Shown: in pieces, positions 1 to 12,739 of the stretch
Position numbering within the stretch: the stretch's first letter is position 1
Layout: every line of letters begins with the position of its first letter
From: Octopus vulgaris
Taxonomy: Eukaryota
Assembly (NCBI GenBank): GCA_951406725.2
Contig: OX597830.1
Span: 33,480,001-33,544,000, forward strand
Direction of reading: 5' to 3'
DNA length: 64,000 bases
Notes under the pieces: generated by a model
Database searches by the model: none
Told to the model about the DNA's origin: nothing
Seen by the model: the letters and a program-made list of their open reading frames with translations, nothing else
Program-made: the position numbers and the translations under genes

Positions 1-103
1 ATCCACATATATTTTATATACATATATATGTATATGTGTATGTGTATATGTATATATATATACATATATACATATATATACATATATACACATATATATA
101 TAC

Positions 104-172
<69 letters not shown>

Positions 173-270
173 CATACACACATACATGTTTATCCATCTG
201 TCTATCTATCTATTTATCATCTATCTATCTGTTTGTCCGTCTGTCTGTCTGTCTGCATGTATGTATGTAA
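1..270. repeat. Compound (TA)n/(TACA)n/(TATC)n microsatellite
   Basis: Directly visible simple repeats; source of the YIYI ORFs. Confidence 0.95.
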
Positions 271-468
271 AACACGACTCCAAATTTAATCAATACACAT
301 CTATAATACCTTTCTATCACAACTTAATCTACAACCTAATTATCATTCAGCAGAGTTCTACTTATCCCAGAAAATCCAAAAACTTTGCAGTTACTGTCAA
401 TACTATGCTTATTAATGAATAATAAATATATATATATGTGTGTGTGTGTGTGTATATATATATGTATA

Positions 469-505
<37 letters not shown>

Positions 506-796
506 GGTATGTTTTTATATATATTTTTATAGGTGCTTGAAAGGCTTTGAGGCAAGAAGTTTGCATTCCAGTGACACAGTTTCCAGCCAGTACCAAAGAA
601 GGGTACCTTGGGTCAGTGTAGTCCAAGTTGACGAAAGCCTTGTGCGTAGATTTGAGAAAAGGAGGCTGAAAGAAGCCAGGGATTCACAGAGGGGATGATA
701 GGAGACTAAGAATCCTGGTGGTTTGCCAAGTAAGAGCATGGTTGTCCTTGCATAAAGGCTCATCCAGCTGTGTTATCACTAATCTCATAGGCTCAT

Positions 797-911
797 AGGT
801 GCTGGTGCCATGTTAAAAAACACCCAGTACACTCTGTAAAGTAGTTGGTGTGAGGAAGGGCATCCAGCCATAGAAACCATGCCAAAACAAACAGGGAGCC
901 TGTACAGCCCT
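797..911 (+). mobile_element. Degraded RTE-LINE 3' tail fragment
   Basis: GGAAGGGCATCCAGCCATAGAAAC matches the 3' UTR of the LINE at 49297-49321. Confidence 0.6.
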
Positions 912-1329
912 TCATTAGTCAGTCTAGATAGCAAAATAGTTAGTTTGAGAATTGCATGTCAATATGAGAGTCCCATGGAATAAAGACAAAATGCATGCAA
1001 GAACAGTATTCAGATGTATCCCAGTGCTGTCACTTACGTGCGAATATGACTCAATAGTATTTGTCATACCTTTTTTTTCTAATTCAGTTCTATATTTGTG
1101 AGATAAGGAATTTATATTATGTCTACTGTTGTACATTCCAGTCTACTTCAGGTCTCTTTGTGTTGAACTCGGTTCTTGTATTGGAATTTCAAACTTAACC
1201 CTTTATTTGATCCATGAGAGTACACTGTTCTCATTCTGTTCTCTGTGTTTTGTGACATTCTTTGCTTCAGTTGGTTATTTTTGTGAATTACTTTAGCATT
1301 TTGCCTGGGATGGAACTCAGAACATCTAG

Positions 1330-1560
1330 GTAAAAGTTAGGTAAAGTTACCTTCTGGTTTCCATGGCACATGAATTCCTCACCTGGACAGGACATCAGTC
1401 CATTACAGGATTATTCATTTTTGCCAGCTGACTGGACTGGAGTAACTTAAAATGAAGTCTTTTGCTCAAGAGCTCAACACATCAGCTGGTCCAGGAATTG
1501 AAACAGCAGTCTTACAACAAGGAATCCAGCATCCTAACCACTAAGCCACGTGCCTCCACC
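1330..1560 (-). mobile_element. tRNA-derived SINE (family C, V-SINE-like body)
   Basis: Minus strand begins GTGGAGGCACGTGGCTTAGTGG (A-box-like), then a TTCAATTCC B-box-like motif and a TTGAGCAA...CCAGTCCAGTCAGCTG body shared with 3292-3705. Confidence 0.75.
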
Positions 1561-1641
1561 AGAACTTCTAGGTGACTGCACTGCATTAACCAACGTCTTT
1601 ATCTACAACACTAAATGTATTTAGGTGCTTTTATAATAACC

Positions 1642-1855
1642 CTTTCTACTCTAGGTACAAGGCCTGAAATTTTTGGAGGAGGAAGCCAGTCAATTAGATC
1701 GACCCCAGTAAGCAACTGGTACTGAATTTATCGACCTTGAAAAAATGAAAAGCAAAGTTGACCTTGTCGGAATTTGAACTCAGAACATAAAGACAGATGA
1801 AATACCGCGAAGCATTTTGCCTGACATGCTAATGTTTCTGCCAGCATGCCGCCTT
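1642..1855 (-). mobile_element. tRNA-derived SINE (family B, MetaSINE-like core)
   Basis: Reverse complement of the 55012-55230 copy: GAGTTCAAATTCC B box, GTCGATAAATT.AGTACCAG core, GCCTTGT.CCTAGAGTAGAAA tail. Confidence 0.8.
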
Positions 1856-2470
1856 AGATGCCTTTATAATAACAAGCAAACAAATAGGCACTCACTCATA
1901 TCGCCCATTTTTGACCCAATAGAACATCTGTTGGTGTGAGAGAAGGCTGAACCAAAAGTCGGTTGGTACTCGTTTCGGCTGAGTAGACTGTAACAAACAT
2001 GAAATAAAATGCATTGCTCAAATGGCACAACATGCCACTGGAGCCAGGAATCGAACTCATGACCTCTTGATCACAGGCACAATATCCTATCTCGAAGACT
2101 ATTAGCCTTTCAATAAATAAATACAACTAATATCAGCAATTGGTGTCTAGACTTTGAAAAATAACTAAATTTTTAATTTCTCTGAAATACCTTCCAGGAA
2201 GAAATGTAATGAAATCGATATAAATTAAGAAGGACATAAATGAGTTGGATGCTCTTTTATGTTTTATGAGTTTATTAATTTCTATTAGCATATGCAGAAA
2301 AAATAAAGCAAAAAAAAAAAAAAAAAATAATCTTTTTATTGTTTTTTGAAATATTATGAAAGGATTTTTCATTTTGATTTTATTCTCTTCTTTTATTTGT
2401 CCATTACTCTATAGCAGCTGAGTGCATCTTCTGCTAGTTTTCTGATTGGCAAAGCTCTCCATCTCCCTTG

Positions 2471-2529
<59 letters not shown>

Positions 2530-2556
2530 CTATCTATCAATGTATATATATATATA

Positions 2557-2750
2557 GGGAGAGTTTATGAGAAAGCAAAAGACGAAGACAGGTGGTGTAC
2601 AAAACAAACAGATGTATTAGTATAATGCTCAAGTATAGAAAAAGTCTTTTACGTTTCGAGCCTATGCTCTTCTACAGAAAGGGACACAGAAAAAACAAGG
2701 AGAGAAACAAGGAGAGGAAAACATGTGTGTAGTGGCTAATGATCTATCAT
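2557..2750 (-). mobile_element. (TA)n-inserted short element, Penelope-like terminal fragment with hammerhead-like motif at 2644-2685
   Basis: Same family as 28800-28970 in opposite orientation. Minus strand reads CTTT-CTGTAGA-A-GAGC ATAG GCTC-GAAAC-GTA-AAAG. Confidence 0.5.
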
Positions 2751-2829
2751 GTATATATATATGTACATACATACATATATATACAGACATATATATTTAT
2801 ATATGTGTATATATATATATATATGTGTC

Positions 2830-3160
2830 CTCATCATAATCATTTAACGTCCGCTTTCCATGCTGGCATGGGTTGGACGATTTGACTGAGGACTGGCTAA
2901 TCAGATGGCTGCACCAGGCTCCAATCTGATTTGACAGAGTTTCTACTGCTAGATGCCCTTCCTAATGACAACTACTGTGAGAGTGTAGTGGGTGCTTTTA
3001 CGTGCCACTGGCATGAGGGCCAGTCAGGCGGTTCTGGCAACGGCCACACCCAAGTGGTGTTTTTTACATGCCACCTGCACAGGAGCCAATCCAGTGGCAC
3101 TGGCAATGACCTTGCTCAAATGTTTTTCATGTGCCAGTAAGGCAATGCTGGTAACGATCA
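2830..3160 (-). mobile_element. 5'-truncated RTE-LINE 3' end
   Basis: CATCAT...TTTAACGTCCGCTTTCCATGCTGGCATGGGTTGGACG is the reverse complement of the LINE terminus at about 49380-49420. Confidence 0.85.
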
Positions 3161-3174
3161 TGATTGAATCATTA

Positions 3175-3246
<72 letters not shown>

Positions 3247-3248
3247 GA

Positions 3249-3286
<38 letters not shown>

Positions 3287-3291
3287 CATAT

Positions 3292-3705
3292 GGGAAGGCA
3301 CATGGATTAATAGTTAGGGCATTCGGCTCATGATCGTAAGGCCGTTAGTTCAATTCCCGGCGACACGTTGTGTCCTTGAGCAAGACACTTTATCTGAGAA
3401 ATACAGTTACAACTCATTTTCACAAGCTGAGTGGACTGGAGCAATGTGAAATAAAGTGTCTTGCTCAAGGACACTTTATTTCACATTACTCCAGTCCACT
3501 CAGCTGGCAAAAATAAGTTATATACCTGTAATTCAAAGGGGGCCAGCCTTGTCCCATTCTGTGTCACACTGAATCTCCCTGAGAACTATGTTAAGAGTAC
3601 ACGTGTCTGTAGAGTGCTCAGCCACTTGCACGTTAATTTCAGGAGCAGGCTGTTCCATTGATCATATCAGCTGAGACCCCTAACCTCGTAACCAATGGAG
3701 TGCTC
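3292..3705 (+). mobile_element. tRNA-derived SINE (family C) with internal inverted duplication
   Basis: A/B-box-like head, GTGTCCTTGAGCAAGACAC core, inverted copy of the core at about 3405-3474. Confidence 0.8.
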
Positions 3706-4090
3706 CATATACACACGTATATATAAATATACATACATATACAATTTAAAAATAGGATAAAATCTTTATAAGAACTTATCAAGTTGTTAGTGTGAAAAAC
3801 CTCATAAGGGAAAAATTTATTAATTATTCCTTTTAAATATATTTATTTATATTAAGGGCATTACTATACATAAATGCCTCATGATAGGAGGGACTCTTAA
3901 AGTCAAAAACTACCATAATAAGCACATTGTACTGAATGTGAGGGAATGCAACTCTCGAAGTGAATGTATATACATATATATATATATATAAATTCAGCAA
4001 AAATTTAGATTCAAATGAATATGGTACTTAATTTAGATGCACCAGAATTCTGTATGGTGTTATCCATAAAAATCCGTGGGGTGATTATAA

Positions 4091-4207
4091 TCAAAATAAG
4101 CAACAAGAATGACTCCGATAATTTGGTACGATCGTTTCGTACTACATCGTACATAGTATGAAACAATCGTACCAAATTACCAGAGTCATTCTTGTTGCTT
4201 ATTTTGA
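4091..4207. repeat. Fold-back palindrome (~55-bp arms) in a (TA)n-flanked element
   Basis: TCAAAATAAGCAACAAGAATGACTC...GAGTCATTCTTGTTGCTTATTTTGA, near-perfect arms with a 9-nt loop. Confidence 0.95.
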
Positions 4208-4992
4208 AGATATATATATATATATATATATACATATTCAGATGATATATATATATATATATTCATATATATATGTACACACATAAATATATATATGTAT
4301 ATATATAAGACTTTGAAGGCAGTTGCTCCTGCAAACCAAAATAAAATTAGGGATTTGTGAAGAGTCAAAGTTGGTAACAAAAACAGGACATACAACAAAC
4401 CAAACGAAACAAATACAAACAGGGAGGGTGTGTGTATGTGTATATAAATACATACATACACACACTTAATATATATTCATACATATATATTTATGTGTGC
4501 ATGTAAATGGAGTGCATGAGGTCATTTGTTTGTCTAACTTTTCTATTTCTATTTCTTCTCTCAGTAAGAAATTATTCTCTAAAGCAATTTGCCGTCTAAC
4601 GAACATGCTCTCAAACATAACGAGTACGATAGTGTTTATATGCATATGTTCTAGCAGCACACTCTGGTTTCTGACCAGTTAAAGAAGATTTATATTGTTA
4701 TGATACCCATACCAATTCCTTGATTGTTTCTGCTTTACCATTATATACTGTGTACTTTGACACGGTTGCAAATTCTTGGGTGATGGGTATATATAGATGA
4801 GTGGTTGGTTGGATTGAAGCAAAGAATCTGGGCCACTTTACAGCTTTTTGGCTGGAGTCACCTAGCTCACTTTGTTAACAGCAATCATGAATATTACTTC
4901 GTTTTTTTTATATGTATAATATATTCCTTGGCTATGTAGCATAAACAGTTTTATGCATTTTTAGAAGAAATTCTTCTTATTTCATCATGATA

Positions 4993-5185
4993 GGCATAGG
5001 AGTGGCTGTGTGGTATAGGCATAGGAGTGGCTGTGTGGTAAGTAGTTTGTATACGAATCACATGGTTCCAGGATCAGTCCCACTGCGTGGCACCTTGGGC
5101 AACTGTCTTCTATTATTGCCGCGGGCTGACCAAAGCCTTGTGAGTGGATTTGGTAGACAGAAACTGAAAGAAGCCCGTCGTATAT
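4993..5185 (+). mobile_element. tRNA-derived SINE (family A, CORE-like), 5' half with duplicated head
   Basis: AGGAGTGGCTGTGTGGTA occurs twice, followed by GGTTCCAGGATCAGTCCC and CCTTGGGCAA. Confidence 0.85.
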
Positions 5186-5324
5186 ATGAATATAATTAAC
5201 AAATAAATATCCAGGCAAGGTTCGGCGAATTTATCTGCACACCTGCATATTTGTTTGTTAGTTACATATGTAACTGATAAAATATAAAATATAGGAATAG
5301 TTATAGAATTATAAAAAGTTATGA

Positions 5325-5423
5325 AGAGTCCTGATGATTGGGGTTGCAATTAAGACATTTTTCTGAGAAAGACTGAGGGAACCGGGAACGTTAAATGCAC
5401 CTCATGAAACATATGTAGAAGAG
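5325..5423 (+). ncRNA. Degenerate type-I hammerhead-like motif with long stem II
   Basis: CTGATGA at 5331-5337; stem II TGGGGTTGCAATTAA/TTAAATGCACCTCA; GAAAC-ATAT-GTA at 5406-5417; stem I only 2 bp. Confidence 0.4.
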
Positions 5424-5530
5424 AAATTTGGAACTGAAATAGTAAGTATTAAAATAAAATTCTATGATATGGCGTTATGTATATTAGGATTTGATGAATT
5501 GCATGGGGACTTCTATCTCTAAATTACATA

Positions 5531-5566
<36 letters not shown>

Positions 5567-5649
5567 AACATTATAAATAATATTAGGGTAATAAGAATTA
5601 TAGAAATTATTATTACCAGTGGTCTAGCACAAAAAATAGTCAATAGACT

Positions 5650-5852
5650 AATATCATGTACATTAGAACACATTAAGAGGCTTCCAAATAGGAAAGCCTT
5701 GTGCTAGAAAGAGCAGTAGAAAACTCAAACCACTAATTATGATTGAAAGGATTGAAAATTTATCCATAATTAGTGGTTTGAGTTTTCTACTGCTCTTTCT
5801 AGCACAAGGCTTTCCTATTTGGAAGCCTCTTAATGTGTTCTAATGTACACGA

Positions 5853-5856
<4 letters not shown>
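5650..5856. repeat. Fold-back palindrome, 92-bp arms with 23-nt spacer
   Basis: Arms 5650-5741 and 5765-5856 are reverse complements with one mismatch; (TA)n lies on both sides of the element. Confidence 0.97.
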
Positions 5857-5925
<69 letters not shown>

Positions 5926-6419
5926 ATATATGTATATAACTACTAAACAGCAACAACAGTCCTTTCACTAAGAAAACACTACAAAGGAAGGATAGAACAA
6001 ATAACCAGACCCTATTCTCAGTAAGTTTCCTTTCAATGATGATTCCTTTTGAATCCTTACCAAATTTTCATAACAAAATCTTTTTCTACTTAGTTGATTG
6101 GTTGTAACAAGCATCACATTGCACATAAGGCACCCAGCATTTGGCTTCGGTCAATCTTTGTCGTTTAAAATAAACTGATTTATTTATATCATTAGTTTCT
6201 ATCAAAATAAGGAGGTTTCTCTGAGGTAAAATAAATCTTGTTTATATTGCAAATAAATGGCCGAGATATTTAATGGATCAGAATGGAAACGGTTAGTGGT
6301 GGGTATGAACAGTGGAATATTTCTCTAGGTTTTGCTTTTTAATCATCGGTTATCCAATATTTGCGTGTACAGACAGATCCTTAATATAATATAATATAAT
6401 ATAATACTAATAAAATATA

Positions 6420-6492
<73 letters not shown>

Positions 6493-6508
6493 GATATATA
6501 TATATATA

Positions 6509-6573
<65 letters not shown>

Positions 6574-7320
6574 TATATATATGTGTGTCTGTGTATTTCT
6601 GTCTATATACATATACATATATATATGTATATATATGTGTGTATCAGTGAGTGTGCGAATATATATATATATGTGTATCAGTTTGTGTGTATATATATAT
6701 TTATATATATAAAGACATAAACATGCATTTGCATAGAAGCTTGTATGTGGATCCTTCATGAGCTCTGTTTTCTAATGTGTGCGTGTGTGTGTGCATGCAC
6801 GCGTGTGCACACACAACTGTGTGTGCTATTTTGAAAGGAAGAAAGAAAGAAAGAAAAAGCGAAAGAGCCAAAAAAAAAGACAAAAAATCGGTAGAAATTT
6901 CATTTATCTTACTAAACTGTATAAAAGAGACCAAAAGATGGCGACACAATGCGAACGAGACAATAAAACCATATTCTTTAATTCCATGCATTCTTGATAG
7001 ATTCTGTGACTTACAATAGGTTTCTGTTTCTATGTATTTGGCAAGCTTTCGGCTTCATTTACCAACCAATTCTTACTGTCACTCATTTAAAGAGAAGACC
7101 TAATGAAATATCATCAAATAAGAAGTGATTAATCATAATTTGGAAGAGAGAAAAAGAATGTGGGTGGGCAAGGAAGGAGAGGGGATTCTTTCAGGTTTCT
7201 TCTTTGCTTTTGTTTTCTCTTTTTTTATTTTGATGCAGTATATTTCTGTCTTTATCTAACTAGGTATATAGCTCTCTCACTCTCTCTCTCTTTCCTTCTT
7301 CCTCTATATATGTGTGTGTG

Positions 7321-7432
<112 letters not shown>

Positions 7433-7949
7433 CAAGTTTATACATGCACATATACACACACACTCACACTCATGCATACATACATACATATATACATACA
7501 TATCTATTTATATGTGGGTGTATAATATGCACACTATGGAGCTTGGCCAGCTATAGTTCAAATGAGAACTCAATGTGTGTGGTGTAGCATGAATAGCAAT
7601 ACACACACACACACATGCACATATACACATATATACAAAACAAAGCACAATATATTACAATACAGTGCAAAATAATATGATACAAACTTAATAAACAAAA
7701 AGTGATGGGGCATTACATAGAAGGGTGTGCATTTATACAATCATATTTATATACATTTGTATGAACGAGTGTGCATGCTCGTATATTTATGTAGATAAAG
7801 CTCTAAATAACAATGTGTAGAGTATTAGTTTAAAACTGTTTGGATGAAAAATAGTTGAAGGCTGCCTGTAGAGCACAAACCCACATCTGTAAACACGACA
7901 GATATGCTAGCATGTCTGTCATGTAAGCGAAGTCGATATAGAACCTCAT

Positions 7950-8361
7950 CCGACGACAGGCACCCATGCCAACCCCCTTTGCTTGCGAAGACATGTTGGG
8001 GCAAGCGAAATCGAATTGAACCAGCCAGGATCCCTGGTCTGGTGGTATGTAAAAAGCACTATCTGACTCGTGGCCGATGCCAGCACCGCCTCAACTGGCT
8101 TCCGTGCCGGTGGCACGTAAAATACACCAATCCGACCGTGGCCGTGGCCAGCCTCGCCTGGCACCTGTGCAGGTGGCACGTAAAAAGCATCCACTACACT
8201 CACGGAGTGGTTGACGTTAGGAAGGGCATCCAGCTGTAGAAACATTGCCAGATAAGACTGGAGCCTGGTGTAGCCTTCTGGCTTCCCAGATCCCCGGTCA
8301 AACCGTCCAACCCATGCTAGCATGGAGAATGGACGTTAAACGATGATGATGATGATGATGA

Positions 8362-8366
<5 letters not shown>
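7950..8366 (+). mobile_element. 5'-truncated RTE-LINE 3' end with (GAT)n tail
   Basis: GGTGGCACGTAAAA repeats, GGAAGGGCATCCAGCTGTAGAAAC, CCCATGCTAGCATGG, GGACGTTAAAC(GAT)n. Confidence 0.9.
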
Positions 8367-8396
<30 letters not shown>

Positions 8397-8749
8397 TATA
8401 TGTATATACACGTGTATGTATATCTATATATCTATCTATTTATATAATAAGGGATAAAATCATTCATGATTGTATCAGGTGGTCAGCGTGAAAATAAAAA
8501 CCTTATAGGTAAATTTTCTAAATATTATATTAATAATTATATGCATAAAGATGACAAGGGATCAGAAACAAGCCTCCCCACATGCTGGAAATAGATGCTA
8601 AATCATGCTGCTGTGGTTTTAGTGTCATTTGGCATCTATTTTCAATGTTTGGACAAGCTTGTCAAAAAATAGTACTCAAATACCAAAGGCAGAGTAAGAT
8701 GCTTTTTTTTCAATAAAGCTGTAAAAATATCACAAGAGTCTTAATCACT

Positions 8750-8789
8750 ACTGTCTGAAGAACAGAAATATGAAACTCTGAGTTGCAGT
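8750..8789 (+). ncRNA. Compact minimal type-I hammerhead-like motif
   Basis: Stem I ACTGT/GCAGT; CTGAAGA at 8755-8761; weak stem II; GAAAC-TCTGA-GTT (palindrome AACTC.GAGTT). Confidence 0.5.
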
Positions 8790-8896
8790 TTTTGTGCTGT
8801 TTATGCAGCTTTAATATGTGTGTATATGTGTTTATGTATAAGTGTGTATGTATGAGTGTGTGTGTGTGTGTGTTTATGTATAGACATTTACATACA

Positions 8897-9295
8897 GCAT
8901 CATCATCATCGTTGTCGCTTGATGTCTACCTTACATGCTGGCATGGGATGCATGGTTAGACTGAGGACTGGCAAGCCAGAAGGCTGTACCAGGCTCCAAT
9001 CTGATCTGGCAAAGTTTCTACAGCTTGATGCCCTTCCTAACACCAACGACTGCGAGAGTGTAGTAGCTGCTTTTTACATGCCACCTGCATGTGGGCTAAT
9101 CTGGCAGTACTGGCATCGACCATGTTTGATTGGTGCTTTTTATGTGCTACCAGCTCAGAAGCCAGTCAGGCAGCATTGGAAATGACCACACTCGAATGGT
9201 GCATTTTACGTGCCACCACCACAGGAGCCAATCAGGTGTCACTGGCAATAACCATGCTCGAAATGTGATCTTTACATGCCACCAGCATGAGTACC
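8897..9295 (-). mobile_element. 5'-truncated RTE-LINE 3' end (diverged)
   Basis: (CAT)n followed by CATGCTGGCATGGG, GATGCCCTTCCTAA and TTTTACGTGCCACC repeats. Confidence 0.8.
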
Positions 9296-9466
9296 AGTTA
9301 GATAAATAATTTATTTTAATGCTGAAGTGTATTTCTATATTTTCTTGTGTTTGACTGGTCTAGTATTCAGTTAATTTCTTTCTATCATAATTTAATTGCT
9401 TGCTCCTTTCTGGACTACTGGAAAGGCCTTTATATTTTTTGGGTTGAACCCATTCATTCCAATAAT

Positions 9467-9560
9467 GAATTCCTCAAGAAAAACCTAATTTGTGATTTCA
9501 AAAAGATTATATGTCATTTTATTTTGAATTAATTAGGCTTGGAAACAGCTTGTAGAGTTT
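9467..9560 (+). ncRNA. Degenerate type-I hammerhead-like motif (core mutated to CTCAAGA)
   Basis: Stem I GAATTC/GAGTTT; stem II AAACCTAATT/AATTAGGCTT; GAAAC-AGCTT-GTA at 9542-9554. Confidence 0.45.
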
Positions 9561-9574
9561 TCATTCATTATTCT

Positions 9575-9955
9575 TTTATTCTTTTACTTGTTTCAGTCGT
9601 TCGACTACGGCCATGCTGGAGTACCGCCTTTAATCGAACAAATCGACCCCAGATTGGCCCTCATTCTTTGTAAGCCTAATACTTATTCTATTGGTCTCTT
9701 CTGCCGAGCCACTAAGTTACAGGTTACAGGGACGTAAACACACCAACATCGGTTGTCAAGTGATGTTGGTAGGACAAACACAGACGTGCAAATATATATA
9801 TATACAACAGGCTTCTTTTAGTTTTCATCTACCAAATCCACTCACGAAGCTTTGGTCGGTCCGAGGCTATAGTAGAAGACACTTGTCCAAGGTGTCATAC
9901 AGTGGGACTGAACCTGGAACCCTGTGGCTGGTAAGCACACAGCCACTCCTGCTCA
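9575..9955 (-). mobile_element. SINE family A
   Basis: Reverse complement of 39398-39790 (CTTTTACTTGTTTCAGTC...CACACAGCCACTCCTGC). Confidence 0.9.
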
Positions 9956-9989
9956 TACACACACACATGCATATACATATATATATATA

Positions 9990-10043
<54 letters not shown>

Positions 10044-10239
10044 AATTTTCTAGAAATAGCAGCAATACATTCTGAAAATCATACGCTAACTTTTTCAAAA
10101 TTTTGGGACACATTGGATAATATAGTCTAAGTTATTCTTTAACTGGGCAGAAGCCAAAAGTGCATGCTTTGGCATTCCTTTCATCCCATGCCATCTTGAC
10201 GAAGCCTGAAACCCGTTGCTGGACAATAACACTATTGCC

Positions 10240-10640
10240 ATTGTTGTCATCGAAACTATCATCATCATTGTCATCATCATTATGGTGGTCCTCATCATCA
10301 TCACTATCTCACCACCACCACTTCCATCACCACGACCACCACTTCCATCACACCGACCACGGCTTCCAACACCACCACCATCATAACTGTCATCATCATC
10401 ATCAGCAGCAGCAACAACATCATTACCGAGACCAACATGATGACCACTACCAACATTATCACTACCACCACCATCATCCCCCTCCTCGTCCACCCACCTC
10501 CTTTTCTTCCATCTCCTTCTCCCCAATCACCTTCTCCTTCTCCTTCACCACCACCATCATTTTCCTTCTCCACCTTCTCCTCCTCTTTGACTTCTTCATC
10601 ATCCTCATCACCACCACCACAATCAGTAGCATCCTAACCA
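10240..10640. repeat. Degenerate (CAT)/(CAC)/(CCT) trinucleotide block
   Basis: Visible low-complexity repeats. Confidence 0.9.
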
Positions 10641-11269
10641 CTAGTGAACACCCTTTAACTCACGCCAATGAGTAAGTCTCTATGCAGTTAGTTAAACTGC
10701 TAAAAGTAGCAAGTAATTCTCCCTTAAAAATCACACCTGCAACACACCTTAAAAACGAAAAGTGAAGGAAGGTATATCAGATAATGTATTTCTAGAGACA
10801 ATGCCAGTGCCACCTGACTACGTGGTTGATGCCAGTGTCACCTGACTAGCTCCCATGCCGATGGCATGTAAAAATGCACTCACTACACCATATGCCATTG
10901 TGCAATTATGGAGTGAATTTTAGGGCTTATAAATCTAATATTCTCCTATCCTTCCTTAATACTGGTTCCTATATGCTGCTCGTATCTGCACTTGGTCTTC
11001 TTAGGAGGTTGTTGTGTCCTAACATATGTGCTGCTTCATTTAGTTTTCTTATTTTCCAGTGGAGTTCTCTGTTTATTATTTTAACTTCATCACACAAATA
11101 AGATGAGGACAAATATCCGTCAAATGTAAATAATGTAAATAATGTACATAATTCCTCATCTCTTAAATATAGAACTGTATTATCTGTATATTGATGTTTT
11201 TCATGAAATATTAAAAGTCTTGCCCTAAACTGAAATAAATTAAATATATGGTCTGAGCTGATCTCCAAT

Positions 11270-11560
11270 TGCCTCCATTAGAAACAACCCCTGTTGACAC
11301 AGGCATTTTTCCTCACATAACATGCCTATGATATTCCCCCACTTCTTGTGCTCATGATCAGAGATGCTCTTTTTGTCAGCCACTAAAGGAAATACTCGAC
11401 TTGTTAAGGTCAAGCAACTGCCAAACAATTTATTGCTATTGAGCAAAATATTTGCTGTAGCCCATCTTCTATGCTAATACAAAACATATACATGATAGCA
11501 CTTCCAATCAGTCAAGATCAGAAGCCATAAGAGCCACTGCCTGGTACTAAATCAGGGCAG
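11270..11560 (-). mobile_element. (AAT)n-associated non-coding interspersed element (family D)
   Basis: Reverse complement of 54297-54560 and 36107-36360; abuts (TAT)n at 11561. Confidence 0.75.
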
Positions 11561-11715
11561 TTATTATTATTGTTGTTGTTGTTATTATTATTATATCTAT
11601 ATGCGTGTATTATAAACTGGAAATTCCTTAGATGATGTTCCTTCTTTTGGCATCATTGATCTTCTCTCTACAGTCCTTTGTCACTTCACAAAGAAATGAA
11701 GAGTTAATATGGATC

Positions 11716-11755
11716 ATAACCTGAGGAGCCCAGTTATGGCAAAACTAGTTGTTGT
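11716..11755 (+). ncRNA. Minimal type-I hammerhead of Penelope pseudo-LTR type with G12>A mutation
   Basis: ATAAC-CTGAGGA-GCC CAGTTAT GGC-AAAAC-TA-GTT-GTTGT; palindrome AACTAGTT; AATAAA about 26 nt downstream. Confidence 0.6.
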
Positions 11756-12116
11756 TATACAATGGTGGAATTACATCTATTAATAAATATATATTCTAAT
11801 CTACATTCTGGCATTGGGATCTCTTTCACTTAGTAATGTTTTTGTCCCTTATTTTCTGACACATATACACACCCCATGCATTTACAAATGTTCAATCTAC
11901 TTTACTATACATACATGCATGCATATATACATATATACATATACATGCATGCATATATGATATATATATATATACATACATACATACATACATACATACA
12001 TACATACATACATACATACATACATACATACACATATATATATATGTACACCAACATCCTTCTACCTATCAGGTTATCTAATTTATCTATCGCTCACGGT
12101 TTCTCTCTCTCTCTCT

Positions 12117-12152
<36 letters not shown>

Positions 12153-12739
12153 ATGTATTTATATATATGTATATATGCCTGTGTATATGAGTGTGTATGT
12201 GTATACATATATATATGTGTGTGTATGTACATATATATACACACACAGATATAGATAAACAGATACACACACATGCATAAGCATACACACACGCACACAC
12301 ACTCTCACCCCAATATCTACACACACACACAAATACACACACACACACACATGCATAACTTTATCTATGTAGCTATCCATGCTATTTACATACCCTTATT
12401 TACCAATTTCCATAATGTCTTTGCTCTGTAATGAACAACTTCACAAGAACCACCACCACTACCAACACCACCACTGACACCACCACCACCACCACTGACA
12501 CCACCATTACCACCAACAACAACAACAGCAAGGTGAAAGAAAGAGAATGAATGCTGCATTGATGAAAAGAAAGCCTGGCTTCTGATGATAATACTTTGTA
12601 TATAAGAAACATTAATTACATGTACGCAAACAATTTGTGGCATTCTACAGCGAAGCTGTACACTACGGCTTTTCCATCTATATAACATTTACACTGCACC
12701 GATGTGCAAACAACTTCAAATATTTATGCATAAGCAATG

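Noticed and set aside
2170-2230. CTGAAAT...GAAATCGATA possible hammerhead remnant
   Set aside because: Core deviates at two conserved positions and stems are unconvincing in very AT-rich sequence
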